Source: Trypethelium eluteriae
Lineage: Eukaryota
Length of the DNA stretch: 60,053 nucleotides
Direction of reading: 5' to 3'
Assembly (NCBI GenBank): GCA_051942245.1
Contig: JAVECL010000078.1
Location: 1-60,053, forward strand
A model generated the notes under the pieces. It was not told where the DNA came from. It ran no database searches and saw only the letters and a list, made by a program, of their open reading frames with translations. Below, in pieces: positions 1 to 14,208 of the stretch. A program made the translations under genes and the position numbers. Position 1 is the stretch's first letter, and each line of letters begins with the position of its first letter.

Positions 1-490
1 TATCTGGCTAGGAAATGAAGCTGTATATATACACCGTAACAACCCCTGTATCTTCGGGATCTCATCCTTCTGCTTCCGAGAGTATTAGTCAGCTAAATGA
101 CCTAGAACTCTCTGATACAGCTAGGATAATATTGACAGTATTGCTCTACTCGACTGCCGCTCGTGTTCGAAGCAGAGTTGTATCGATAGCAATCATTGCG
201 GTTCAGAAGCGCCACGAGCAGCTGCTGTTTTCCGACTCCATGTAGACCAGCGGACGCGAGGTATCTACTTTGTGAACAGCACAGCGCCTCTCAGATTCCG
301 GAGTGGCTGTGCCCTTTCACGACCCCGCGTCATCCATTTTCTAGAACCTCTCTCATATCGACCGAATGTTCCGCTAGAAGATCACTTCATAGAACGCTCC
401 CGACATGCTGTTTGTGATCGAAGTTTGTCGTCATGTGGCATACCGTCCCTCTTAGCCTGCTGTGTCACTGCAGCCGAGTCTTCCAGCGAC

Positions 491-3400
491 ATGCCCAACG
501 CTAAAAGGACCCTCGTCTATCGCATCCGGGGTCTTCCACTTTCTTGTACAAAGGAGCAGCTGGCGACCACTCTTAAGGCTCTTCTATCGGAGCAGGAAAA
601 GGTCACTTTCCGACCAAAAATTAAATTAGTTCCATCATGCTATCATGACAGCAGCCAGACAGCATTTCTTTCCGTGGAGACGCCTCCGATTTTTCTTTCT
701 CAACTAACTACTGACCCTCTGAGCGACTGGCAGGAGGAGACTAATCTAGAAGGTCCAATTGATCTGAACTTTGACCGACACTTTCATGGGTTTACCCAAC
801 TGTACTCTCCTGATTCAGACGAGCCATACAATGCAGAGTGAGGCCCTCTGGTCTCCCTTTTGACTGTATCGTACTGAGTCACAGCAGCGTCATTGCCATA
901 ACGGGACTAGACGGCCATGCTTTTGGATCGTGGAGGGGTAAAAGCGATCTTGGCTGTATGTGGCTTCAAGATTTCTTGGAGAGAGACCTGTCAAGGTGCC
1001 GCACACTCATCTACGGCTATAATTCCAAGCTTCAAAGCAGGGGCATTCATACCATGCTAGACTACTGCTCAGAGTTTTTGGAGGAGCTGAAGAAGATTCG
1101 TAGCACCTCTGAAGAAGTCCGGCGGTCTTTAGTCCTCATAGGGCACAGCTTTGGCGGTCTCATTGTCGCACAAACACTGATCAAAGCTAAACAATATGAT
1201 CGCGATATCAATCCAACTCTTGCCGGCTTATACGACTCGATTATTGCCATTATGTTTTTCGCGACGCCTCACCGAGGACTGTTAGTTGACGACATTCAGG
1301 CTTTGATTGGTGAAGATCCAACAAATCCCCGCACGTCTCTAGTAGGGGAGATCCGCTTTGGCTCACAGCGTCTCATTGATCAGTTGAACGACTTCAAAAA
1401 TGTCATCCGAGGGCGACGGATTGTCAACTTTATCGAAATGCAGCAGACTCGACGCCTACAGAAAGACGCTAGCGCATTCTGGAGTCGATCCGGAGATTTA
1501 ATCACGGTCCTCTCTTCCGACTCTGCCCTTCTACATCTTCCGGATCACGATGAGATCAAAGTCAGAGCGGAGGCAGACCATTCCTCGATAGTTAAATTCG
1601 ACACAAAATTCAGCCCAATCTATCAAAGTGCTTTGAAGTATCTTCTTGAATACGAAGCCGAGGCGGTAAGACGCAAATCCCCTCATACGAACATTCGTAA
1701 GGAGGTGTCAAATATAGTAGCCGAGTGTCCGCCTTCTCAGGAAGCCACATCCAGTAAAACGCGAGAACAACAATTTAAAAATTCATGCTCCCATACCAAT
1801 ACACAAAACAGCTTACCTGAAACAGCGGTCGAAAGGATTGGAATGACGGTTGTTCACGACCCTCCTGCTGCAATAGCGGATATTGTATTTGTTCCAGGAC
1901 TTAGCGGACACCCGTGGCAAACCTGGGCCTACGTAGCCGAATGTTTACATGCTCAGAACTCCGATGTGGACTCCCAGTGCACTGTTTTTCGGCCTGCCGA
2001 TTTATTACCCGCGGATTGCTCGGTGGCGCGAATCATGACATTTGGCTTCACCTTGAAGCAAGAAACAACTACCAATGGATTAGGGAGGACCAATCTCATG
2101 GATATTGCGTCCGAGCTGCTATCTGCGGTAGTCGAAATCAGACCGATTGGAAGGAGTCTTATCTTCGTCGCTTACTCCTTTGGAGGACTCCTCGTCAAAG
2201 AAGCTTTGCGCTTGGCCGATCATGGACAATCATTTGCAACAAAGGATGTCATCAATTTTACCTTGCAAATAGTTTTCATGGGAACACCCCATAGAAGCGA
2301 CGGTGACGCAAAGTCGCTTCGAGAAAGCACAGAGAAGGCCTTGGCCGTCATTGGCCGACTCGACCCTAAATTGCAAGAACCCTTATCTGTGTTCTTTGAC
2401 GAAAGACTTGAATTTTCCCAAGCTGCGTTTTTATCGCTGTGGATGTTGCATAGCTTCAGAGTCAAGAGCTTCAGTGAAGGCTTAGTGACGGGAGAAGGAT
2501 GGCCAGTCTTGTCGAAGACGGCGGCATCGTTCGAGCACTCAGATGACAAACATGATATTATACCAGCTGACCATATCTCGTTATGCGTTTTCCAAAGTCA
2601 ACTCGCGGAGGGATACAGAAAGCTCATTGTGGAGCTACAGGGTGCAGTTCGCCTGATTAGGAGCCACCGATTGCATCTAAGAAATCAATGCCTTGAGTCT
2701 CTCCACTTTCCTGAGCTTGAATATCGGGAACATAACATCACGCCGACACTAGAAAGCACCGCAGATTGGTTATTTCGCAATCCTGATTTCCATAGGTGGA
2801 GCCAATGGCACCTTATGCCCACCAAAACTCAGCATGGCCTACTTTGGATAAAGGGGAAGCCTGGTTCGGGCAAGTCTACCCTAATGAAGGAGTGTTTGAG
2901 ACGTGCGAAACAACTAGGCCTGATCAAATCCATCTCAGTAGCGGGGTTCTTCTTCACTACGAGAGGAAATATTCAGCTGCAGAAAACGCCTTTGGGGCTT
3001 TTTCGGACTATCCTGTTCGATCTATTGCAGCAGGACAGGGTTCTGCTATCCGCGTTCATCTCCAAGTATATCGAAAAAGGATCCACTTTTCCTGGTACTT
3101 GGCAATGGCACCAAGAGGAGCTCCAACAATTCCTACGACTTGCTTACACAGGGAGGATCGAAGGTGTGCGTAACACGATTCTCTTTTTAGACGCCCTGGA
3201 TGAATGCGATGAAAATGATCAAGACGTGGTTCGTGATTTGATTTACTATTTCCAGGAGCTCTGTAGCTCTTCAAAATTAAAGGTTTGCTTGTCGAGCCGG
3301 CACTATCCTCATATTCAAGTTCTAGACTGTCCCCAGATTGTTGTCGAGGCCTTCAATAGCCAGGACATTCTCCATTTCGTCAAGACCAAACTGTGTCCGG

Positions 3401-5679
3401 CTGGCCAGGATAGACGAGCTCGATAATTCTCGGGAAAAATTGCGTCACGGGCTGAGGGTGTCTTTCTTTGAGTCATACTTGCCGTGCAGAGTCTTAATAT
3501 TGGCCTCGATAACGAAAGGACTGACGAAGATCTTGAAGAAACCCTGCGTGCCCTACCCCCTCGGCTTGAGGACTTATTCACCAGCCTCTTCACTGGAGCA
3601 CCTACCCCTTCAAACCGAGAGTTGAAGAAAGCGGCCGCAATATTCAACTGGCTTATCCTTGCCGCGAGACCATTAACGAAGCATGAGCTCCGACATGCTC
3701 TTACATTAAGGAGTCATGAAGAAAACTCCACGAATAATCGCGCGTGGCATTTGTCTTCGGACTGCTTGCCGGCTGACTCGAAACGGTTTTTGACCTCTCT
3801 AAGATTTTACACGCGTGGGCTTGCTGAGGTGCAACGCGATCACTCATATCCCCGCCCCCGAGTCACGAGAAAGGGTCCTACTGCTTCTGGCTCCTTGAAC
3901 TGGATCCATGATCCCGAAGGTGTGGATGGTATGACGTCTCATTTACACCCTGACTACCGGATTCGTGATCCGGAAGTTATGGATAGCATGAGCCCTAATG
4001 TAGACCCCTTCTACCCACGCGATTCTCATAAAAGCAGCGAAAATCTTTTAGATAACGAACCGACTTCCAATGCTACCCAGTCAGTGGTGCAACTCATACA
4101 CGAATCTGTTCGTGAATACTTCTTACACGGTCAAGGATTCAGCATCCTGGAAGGACCTTCCTCTCAGATTACTCTTGCGGATAGGCAATGTGCGATTGTG
4201 GAAACATGCATTTCTTGCATTCTGGATACCGCAATCTGTTGGACGCCAGACCTATTTGAAGAGCGTGAGGAAATTGAATTTGAACAAGAAATGCGCTGGC
4301 GCGAGGAATTTCCTTTTTTATCTTATGCTACAGAGTTTCTCTTCGAACACGTGCGGATAGCCGAACTCAGTCAAAGGGTTTCGAGCATCCTCATCTACCA
4401 TCTCTCTGAGCCCAAGGCAACCCTTTGGAAAAAATGGATAGCTCTGAACGATCATTTGAGCATCAAGCCTCGGCAGCTCGACATCCAAGGACTTCGCGGC
4501 GCGAGTCCATTTTATTTTCTGTGCTGCAAACATATTTTTCTGTCAGCCTCGGCACTTCTTGACCAGGGCATGGATGTGAACATGGGTGACGTAGATGGCA
4601 ACACTCCATTGCATTTCGCAGTCTCTGCCCTGTCCATCGACTTAATCACATTTCTCATTCAAAAGGGTGCAGATGTGCGAATCGGAAATGCTAAAGGGGA
4701 ACGTCCATTGCACAAAGCGGCGACCTGCAAAGCAACAGCAGAAGTGCTGGCGAACATTTTGCATCTATTTTTGCTCGATTCAGCTTATTTAGAGGATGCT
4801 GACTCAAGCGGCCATACGCCCCTTTTGATGGCGGCGAAATACGGAAATTTGGATCTGGTGCGAAATCTACTGGCCCACGGGGCAGACTTTACGGTAGCCA
4901 ACTCACTGGGCCAAACCGCGCTGCATTTGGCCGCCATAGTTGGCCAACATGCCATACTAGAAGCTCTCTTGGGGTCTGGCGCAAACCCCAATGCACAAGA
5001 TTCTGCGGAAGAAACTCCCTGTCACATAGCAGCGCGATGCACCAGCATTCTCCCTATGCAATGCCTCCTTCGCTACAATGCAGATATCAACGCGCGCAGC
5101 AATTTCACAACGCCCCTCCACAATCGTATTGACTCCAATCTGAACATCGAGTTCTTAATCGATGCTGGCTCTGACGTCGAAGCGCGGACACGCTTCTTAG
5201 AGACGCCCCTAAGCATTGCTGTCAATAGGAATAACTTCCTCGCTTTGAAAGCCCTGGTACGGGCTGGTGCAGACTGCAATGCCTCTGATCCGGAGGGAAA
5301 TACTGCTTTGCACCATGCGATCTGGCTAGATCACGGCCACATCTGTCAATACCTCGTCCAGAGGGCGCGCAGTGAGATATCCAAGGTCAATCGCCGGGGC
5401 CTCGTCCCGCTTCACGCAGCAGCAGAAAAGGGCAGCTTGCGATGTTTCAAGCTCCTTCTAGGTGCAGGTGCAGAAAGAGATCTATCGAGGCGGGACAATA
5501 GTGGCTGTACGCCTGTAGAATACGCCGGTACGCCATTGCTCACTTTGCTTATTGAACTTCCTTGGTCAGGTCAGAATGTCGGCGTTTGCTGGACAAATCT
5601 ATCCATTTTGACTCTTGAATTCCTACCTTCGCAAAAATTGCTGATACTTGATTTTGATAGGAAGCATCATTACGAATGA
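491..5679 (+). pseudogene. NLR-like protein (N-terminal domain + two SesB-like alpha/beta-hydrolase domains + NACHT + ankyrin repeats), interrupted by two in-frame stop codons
   Basis: ATG at 491; intron about 838-887 (GTGAGG...CAG) gives D-VIAITGLDGHAFGSW. Hydrolase motifs LIGHSFGG and FVAYSFGG. P-loop WIKGKPGSGKSTL, Walker B FLDALDEC. Ankyrin repeats GNTPLHFA, GHTPLLMAA, GQTALHLAA, GNTALHHA. ORFs 838-3426 and 3484-5679 share a frame, separated by TAA 3424-3426 and TGA 3469-3471. Confidence 0.85.
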
Positions 5680-7329
5680 CAGATATGTGAAAGAAATACT
5701 TGAGGCTCACGGCTATAGATCAGTCACTCGATATTCCCGGGGCGTAATGCGCTGTATATACGAGATACGAACATAACAGAGTGCTCCGGACGGTCTGATA
5801 GTTAACCTTCGGCTCACATCAGCACGATTTCGTTTCACTACAAACATCCGCTAAATTGTCCCTGTTCGTTGTTCTGCCGGGCTTCCGAGCACGCATCCTG
5901 GATTGCTTCACGGTGTCTAATATGTCGGCGTGTAAAACTTCTTTCCACTGATTACAGAATTAATAGATTATTTTATCCACTCCAGCACCTTGAATACATA
6001 TCACGGGATTGCATTTCAACACCAGTTATCCAAATGATGCGGATGCATATGGTATGCTTGATTGGTCTTTGGATGTATGACAGCGTGATCCACGACTCTT
6101 GACGGCGGCAATTTTTCTGCTCTCGTCCATTTACACAGACAATCCAGAATGGCGAACTGACCTTGGTGATGCAGTTGCTATCTACTTGAAGGCCCTTATG
6201 AAGACTAGTTGCGTCAATCAGGAAAAGTCCTTGTTAGCTCTTTAGACGTCACCGAGCGATGCCTAGACCGCTTCGCTAAAAGGAAAAGATCATGAATGGA
6301 TATGAATACTCAACGATACCACAACGACTTGGACTGTTGCTGTTGTAACACCGACTTGTCTCTATTTTAGCGTTTAAGCAAGAGAGAAAGAGCAGCTTCT
6401 CTCTTGTACTTGTTACCATGCTGTTAGCGGTCTGTCGGCTCTTGCAACCGGGATCGTCCTTCAGGAGCACGCAAAGGGGCCATTAGAAGCGGGTTATGTA
6501 CATTTTGACGACGTCAAAGGATGTAAGGGGGGCTTACTCATCCGTAGAAATTCGGATAAGCTTTTACTTGACCAATACGGTCGCGGAGTCCGCGGTGCTT
6601 TGTACAAGTGAGCTTGTGATCACGAGAGGATACGCGAGTCCATTTATGGGAAACCAAACGAGCCCAAGTTCCCTCTATTGAACATATTGCACTGGTCCCA
6701 AAAATAACACACATGGCAATTTTTCGCCGTCATTGATGACTTAATAGTTAACGATGTTCCTTCACAGAGAACAGGATCTCGGCTTCCCCCTCATTGATGA
6801 ATGCCATCGCTTAAATAAAATTTCTCATTAACTCTGTCTGGGCAATGCAAAGGACTCCCACTTGATTTGTTGAACGGGAATCTTCCTGTTTGAATTCAAT
6901 GGTAAGAAGGCATCGCCCAGAGCAGCCGAACCCGCATACAAGGCAAGCGGAATTCCACGAAACATGGAATTTCCGGTGGTAACCCACTTGTATGCCTATC
7001 ATCGTGTGCCCGCTCATCACTAGTGTGAGGCTATCATACTAACGTAGATGTTGATGTTCAATGAATCTGCAATGTGAAATAGCGGCTTTCGGGGCTATAT
7101 TACCGACAGTGGAGTATGGGTGACGATGCTGCTGCAATCTTCAAACCTTTGGCCCACTGGCAATCTGGGCTTTTGTACTTGAAGTCCCAAGATTCGCAAG
7201 GCTCTTGCTATTTCTCCATGTCAGATACATGTCCATGCCCGACTGCTTGTGCACAACATGCTGACGCGGTATCCAGAGTTCCTCCAGACGAACGAAACGC
7301 GACTATGCAGATGTCAGTCTTACGATCGA

Positions 7330-7800
7330 TTACCCCAAAAAAACCAATAGATTCAGAACTTCAAGAAGACCAAAGAGAGTAAAAAAGAATTTGTGAATCT
7401 CCATCTCCACAATATGCTTGCCAATGCACGATCGAGGCCCAAAATTGAACGAGGAATGGGCCATGTTTATCGCCTTAAGACAAGCCTCGAATTTCTCGTT
7501 TGCCTCGACCTGTCTCGCCAACCAGCGGAGGGGATTGAAGGCGTCGGCATCCTCACCGAAAACCACCTTGTTCCGTCCGACGAGTTTGGCATGCATACCG
7601 ACCACGACGCCCCCGGAAAGTCTACGACCATCCGGCATTTCGACGGCAGATGGGGTCTCGCGCTCCATGAGGCCAATGAAAGGGGAGTGGTACGGGAGCG
7701 CTTCTCTTACTCTACGATCACTCATGTTGAAGCTCGCCCATTTCTCTGGGTTTAGCGGAGCAAGATACAGCTTACTGTTCTCTTTTGAGACAGTGTAAGT
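7330..7800 (-). pseudogene. Cytochrome P450 C-terminal fragment
   Basis: FGEDADAFNPLRWL (PERW-like) and heme motif FNFGPRSCIG. No recognisable N-terminal part upstream. Confidence 0.75.
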
Positions 7801-8878
7801 TACGATAGAGGGCAAACGCGCGAGCAGTGTAGCGCTGATTAGTGCAGAATTACCAATATCATCCCCATCACCAAGTTCTTACGCCAATGGCGGTTCTCTT
7901 ATTATTTGTCATTGTTTATACACGATGGGACCTTATTCTTCCACGCTTTGAAGGCTATGCATTCTGCTTACATATTCTCTAGTTTTGGGATTACCCGTGT
8001 GGCGCAAGGTGAAGGTTTGCATGTATGCATGGCAAAGCAGCCACTACCAACACTGACTTAAGCTCACATCTTGAGCTGTTGAGACTGAGTCCTTAGTCCA
8101 AATGACCTCGTGATGACCGCCCTTCTTCCACACTATCTGCTATTGACATGTGAAAGAGTTGTCGTTACTGCAAGCGTGTCAGCGTTGTTCCAGCTCATCA
8201 ACTTGGGCTCCACCCCTGCTTTGCAAGATCTCACTTCTATTACGGTAGTAGAATTTTACTCTTCCTATCTAATTGCTGTTTCACTTCTCCTCTGGCGCCG
8301 ATGTAGGGGAAAGGTTGTCATTCATGACTAAGAGAACCAAGATGCTCAAGGGAGCACTAGCTCCCCAAATCCTCATTGGCACTAAAGGACTAGGCGGCGC
8401 ACTCTAATAAATGGCTCTGGTCTGGCCCTCCCATTGAGTTCACCAAGTCTATCTTCACCGGTCTTGACAAGTCCCGCCGACGCCCTGAGAGACCTCTGTA
8501 CCTTGGTCAATCTTCCTGTTTGTGCATCCTACGCCGTTCCTTCTCTCATTCGTCGCCGAAGCTCAGAACACCCGGCGGCATCATCAAGATAAGAAATTAA
8601 GTATCGACGTACAACACGACGATATACCGAAGGAAGGGAGAAGAGTATTCGATGAAGGCATGTGGGTAAGGATAAGATTGGAGCTGGCGCATCGAGCAGA
8701 AGAAGGGGTCGCCGACGATAGCAAGCGCAGGACATGGAAGCTAGACTTCGATAATGTGAGTCTAATGAGATGGGGAGAGAACATTATATGCTAACATGAA
8801 TTGATACATTAATTGGTCTATATCTATCGGATGATTAAGAAAGCCGCTAGAAATTATGCTCAGCGCCCATCTACGGAC

Positions 8879-11136
8879 CTATGCCACGGAATCTTTCAGT
8901 GCGTCCGCGAGTTTCTCTGCAAGCATATCTGACGCCCTCGGTGTCAGTGCTGCTGAGCGCATGATATTGAAGTTGGCGTTGGATACTTACACACTGATGC
9001 TTGTATATGCCCCGGCGGAAGAACGGGGAATGCCGACGCGTCAATTACTCGCACGCCTTCGACGCCTAACACTCTTCCTTTGGAGTCTACGACAGCATTC
9101 GGATCATCCTTCTTTCCCATCGCGCCTATGCCTCTTCGTCAGCGACGACTTCATGAATTTGGTCGGGATCGTTGCTGAAAACTCACATGTGCCAGCCGCG
9201 TGGTATATAGGCTCGACAGTCTGTCGTACATACTGCAATAGCTCTGCGTCGGTCTGGACAGATGGTCCTGGAGCAACTTCCGGCCCTACCGTGATACCCC
9301 ACGATGCAGCAACCTGACGTCCACGGCGGACTGCCGCGACCGCAAGTTGTTGATCTGTGGTTGATGACAGCCAATTGGGCGAGATCTGTGGATTGACGCT
9401 GGTATCGTTTGATACGATCGTGACGTTTCCGCGCGATGTATTGGCTACCAGAGCAATTTGCAGCGAGGCGTAATTCGCAGAATCGGTCGTTGGTGTTGTC
9501 ACTGAAGACGCGACGGGCAGAAGCTCCAGCTCAGGCCAATCTGTGGGGAAAGCAGCCAGATCGGAGGTCGTGTTCTCCGTGAAGTTCTTTCTATACAACT
9601 CAGGAAGCTTCTCCCATCCTATCAGATTAGTACCGGCGCTCTGCAGAGGTCCCGTCTGATTCGTGATGTAGTCGATGTACGCCTTCTCTGCAACTTCCGG
9701 GTTGGCCAGTTGCGAAAGCGTGGTTACGTTGACGCGGTACGCCAGGTCCAGGACAGGCTGGTCATGGAAGTTCTGGCCCACTCCAGGGAGGTCCGATATC
9801 ACGGGAATCTTGAGGCTGTCCAACGTTGCCTTGGGTCCGATACCCGAGACCATGAGCATTTGAGGAGAGCGAAATACTCCAGCGGAGACAACGACCTCTT
9901 TTCGAGCGCTGAGGAGGTATTCTTTGCTTTCTGTCGCGACGAGAACTCCTTTTGCGGTCTTCTCCGAGAACTGTATCCTCTTTGCATAGGTTCTTTGGTA
10001 TATGTTGAGAGTCGACGAGTTTTCAATGGCCTGCTGTAGGAAGGATGTCTCTGAAGAACTCCGGGTTGCTGAGCGCGGGTCCACGGTCCAGGTAAATTCG
10101 CCGAAACCGAGCAGTCGTCCACTGTTGAGACCAGGAATTTCCGCGAGCCCGAGTTTGCTGAATCCATCTCTGACAAATGTTGAAAAGGGGAGCCAATCAT
10201 TGCTGTAGGATACCTCGAGTGGTCCTGGTTGGGTTGATGCTGTTAGGTATCAGCCGCGCATCTGACTCGGTCGAGAATCGGATTGACCTGTGACGTACAG
10301 AAGGCTGTCGGATCATAGGCCACGACACTACCCGGGCCTCTCTTCAGCTCATTCGGAGGCGTGAAATTTACGCTCTTCTTGAAGTAGGGTAGGAGATTCT
10401 CAAACGAATAAGAGGCATCTCCCACTCGATCCGCCCATTGCTGATAGGCACCGGTAGTCCCTCTTGGTTTACATTAGTATCTCTGTTCATTCCTACCGCT
10501 CTTTGAAGTGGAAAATACCTGTGGTACGCCATGTAGTTCCGGCCCGAACTTCGTACGTTAGTCGCAATATTGAGAATATCCCAGTGTCCTTGCGTACCTG
10601 CCGCCTAGGCATTTACCAGCAGTATAGTGCAACCTTCGGTCTCCTATTTGCTAAAGGAAATTCAGACGTTGAAATTCAAGATGTTATACGAGTTGGGTTG
10701 TTGAGTGTAACTCACTTGTTGTGGCTGCGTGACAAGACCCCAATCTACCAAAGGCTGTATGTCTGCAGTCATCGAAGACGACCACATGACATCTTGCGCT
10801 GGAATTTGGGACTCATTCCCATTATCAATTTCATAGAAGCTGCCGGCTTCGACAATAGCGACGGAGATTGAGGCGTCTTCGGCGAGTCGTTTGGCTACCG
10901 TGAGACCGGCGGTGCCGCCCCCAATTATCTGGTCCCTCTAGTTAGACCTCCAGAATTTTGGAATGTTGTTGATTACCGACAATGTAGTCGAAGGAAGCGT
11001 TCGTGGCAGGCACGCCGAAAGAGCTACCTAATAATCTTGTCTGGCCTCTTGATGTCCAGTAGTTGGCAAGAGCATTTGTCGAGCTTGCCAGCCAGGCCCC
11101 CGTCACTATCGTTGCGAACGATTGGGAAAACAACAT
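8879..11136 (-). CDS. Secreted GMC oxidoreductase (AA3, PatE/versicolorin B synthase-like), multi-exon
   Basis: Signal-peptide-like start [87 protein letters not shown]; ends [14 protein letters not shown] (stop 8879-8881). Confidence 0.9.
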
Positions 11137-11604
11137 CTTGGCATTGATTGAGATACGCGAAAGCTAAAGAAACGATCTTCTGAATTTATCCAAAAACTTT
11201 AAGTACGCGCTATAAGATATATGCGCGAAGTATTGAAAGACATTCAGGAAGCCGCGACGGATGCAGGAACTGTTCAAGTTCGGTGTGCTGCGCCGCATAA
11301 ATGAGGCAAAAAGAAAGCATACCTACCTTAAGGATCTTTGGCCATTACATCAACGGCAAGGTATCCTACCAATGAAATTCCAAGGATCTCGCTTCGTCCA
11401 GGCGAGTTGTACCGTGCTGCTGGGCCGCACGGGTGGAGGCATGCATCGCACGCGGGGCGGAAACGCTTGACTGAGAGTTAGGTAGGTACCTGGGTAAGCT
11501 GCGGCAAAAAACTAAATGGTGCAATTGCAGGATTGCTGCTACGCTATCTAAGTTCTTATGGGTGCTTGGGGCAGGCTTTGGAATCTACAATGATTGATGT
11601 CATT

Positions 11605-13265
11605 TCAGAGAATCATATCAGCCGCTCGCTCCGCAATACCGTACACAGGCGCCTGCATGTGCGCACAGATCGGGGCCGGAACGATGCTCGCATCTACCAC
11701 CCGCAGCCCATTCACTCCCTTCACCCGGCACTCGGAATCTACGACTCGTCCCATACTAGCAGTTCCTGCAGGGTGGTGGACGCAATTAGTAGACGAGCGT
11801 ATGCGGCTGTCGATCTCAGCGTCTGTGGATGTGGGTGTGAGTTGGGAAAACCCTTCCGATGGTGCTTCTCCAACGAAATGCTCTTTTGCGGTTGGAGATT
11901 CCATCATTCGTAAAATAAGACGGATCCCAGAGCATATTATGGTGCGGTCGCGCTCTGTCGACAGATACTGCGGATCAATAACAGGGATATCTTCGGCATT
12001 ATTCGATTGGAGAGTCACCGTACCGCGCGAGGTTGGAGAAAGGCACACGACTCCGAATGTAATGTAGCTTCCATCCGGAGCTCCGAATTGCGATCCCTGG
12101 TTAAGCTTATTAGTGATGATTGCAAGTGAAAGAGCTGATAGGCGGCCAGCCTCACCGTGTACAAGCAAGTTATCTCGAAGTCAACGGGTCTCCTCTCCTC
12201 AGGCGAAGAACCATCTATCTTGGCCACCTTTCCCAGGTCTGTTGCAGCAACTGCAGCTGTGATGAACCAATCCATTGGGTTGCCGGTAAAATGGTCAGGT
12301 TTACTCATGAACTTTGGCGAACCCACCGCGAGCCCTCTTTCGGGATAGCGGAGCTTGAATGTTAGGGGTATGGTCGGATGGTCATGCAGGTTCATTCCCA
12401 CAGGCAAATCTACCTGCTGGTCGATGTTATGTTTTGCAAGTTCAGAGGCGGGTCCAATGCCAGAAAGCATCAGCAACTGCGGTGTCCTTAACGCACCGCA
12501 GCAGACTATGACTTCTTGCTTGGCATGTAGTATCTGCCCACCGGTTAGCTTTACAGCGGTGGCACTTCTTGTGCCTGTATTGTCCGCAACGATGATTATT
12601 TTATGAACAGGGTTGTTAGTCAAGACTGAGACGCCTTGTAAAGGATAGCAGATTCCAGCGTGCTGGCGCTCTCCTTGATACCAGCTTTCGACCAAGCGCG
12701 ATATCCCAACAGGATCGCCAGTATTCATATCAGAGTTCATCAAAAAGCCGGCGTCCTTGTAAATGTCCTTGATGATATCTTGTAGCGGGTAGTTTCGTCC
12801 TCCCGAAGATGTATGAATAGGGCCCTGGTAACCGTGCTGGCTATCATCTGATGGGCCATGGTAGTGCTCAGAGCGTTTGAAATAAGGTAGCAACTCTCGG
12901 TATGACCATTTCTCGTCGCCTACCAGTCTGGCCCAGGTGTCATAGTCTTCCGCGTGCCCGCGGGTCCATGCTCCATAATTGGTCGCAGAACTCCCACCAA
13001 GCAGCCGACCGCCGTAGATGTCGATTTGACGGCTGTCAAGGTGAGCTTGCGGTGTAGTCTTGTATTGGGACAAAAGCGCAGTGCCGCCAAGAGAGCGAGC
13101 GGCAGCAGGTTTCAGGACTTTTTCATTATGAGATTCGTCAGGCCCAGCTTCAAGAAGAGCGATTGACAGCTCGGGCCGAGCTTGACGCAGCCTCGAAGCT
13201 ACGACGCAACCAGCAAGGCCCCCACCCACGATGAGGTAATCAAAAGTCTTCTCTTCGATGGCCAT
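11605..13265 (-). CDS. GMC oxidoreductase (choline/glucose dehydrogenase-like, probably intracellular), two exons
   Basis: FDYLIVGGGLAGCVVASRL; GRLLGGSSATN; TPQLLMLSGIGP; VGMNLHDHP; HHPAGTASMG; GLRVVDAS. Intron 12097-12155 (GTGAGG...CTAAT...CAG) joins the two listed ORFs. Confidence 0.92.
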
Positions 13266-14208
13266 GCTCCACAGTGCAAGGCAAGTGCATCTCAATACTA
13301 TCAATCGGCTTTAAAGACCTCAGATGGGTCAATGCTCGAGCTCTGGGCATGTATTCCGACCAGGTCTGCTAAGCTTTGCAGATCCACTCTGCGGCTGTAC
13401 GGAGTAGTCAACAGGGCATCGTTAAGGGTTACGATAAAGGCAGCACGTCCCACCCACGCACGGCAAAGACGCTACACCAAAGACGGAAAGTGATACAAAA
13501 GCACCTCTATGGCACAGGAAAGGCGCATTTCGTTGTGGAGAACGCAGTGAGTGTTGGAGTGTCTTACCACCAAGTACCACGCAGGGATGCTTCCCTTGCC
13601 GTGGCACCACGCTTCTTGCGACTTTGTCTCCGAGCAAGCGGGTTGTTAGCAATAGCTATCGCGGAAATGACGGCAGGCAATGCTCAAAGCAGACCAGTTC
13701 TCCATTTCTGTCGGGCGCTATCACATCGAGCAGGGCTGGTTGGTTAGCAGAAATGCCGCTCAATGGCCGGCTGGATGAAACGACCGCACAGCATCTGTAG
13801 CTTACCGGCACAGTCAGTATCGTATGCGCATTTAACTACTGCTACAAGTCAACCTTGTGCGTCACACTGCACGTTCGAGCAACTAGGATTCTATGGAAAT
13901 CCCACGCTTACGGCAAACGCGTCGTGACTCTTGGCAGGGCATTTCCAACATGCTGTAAGCAGAAGCCTTAGACCTAGTCTGCTCTGTGGAGTTCTTGAAA
14001 TCTACCATTATGGAAAGAAGAAAAAGAAATGTCAGTGAAAGACAGCTTGAATGGAGTTCAAAGGCACATATTTCGGAAAAGGCGGCTTGCCATATATATA
14101 TTGCGAAAGGTGGAGTGATAATTTGATTCATTAGTGCTGCCTTCCGATCACATTTATGAGACTTCTTTCCGCTATTTGATTTTGTTACACAAATTTCTCT
14201 TCATCGGC

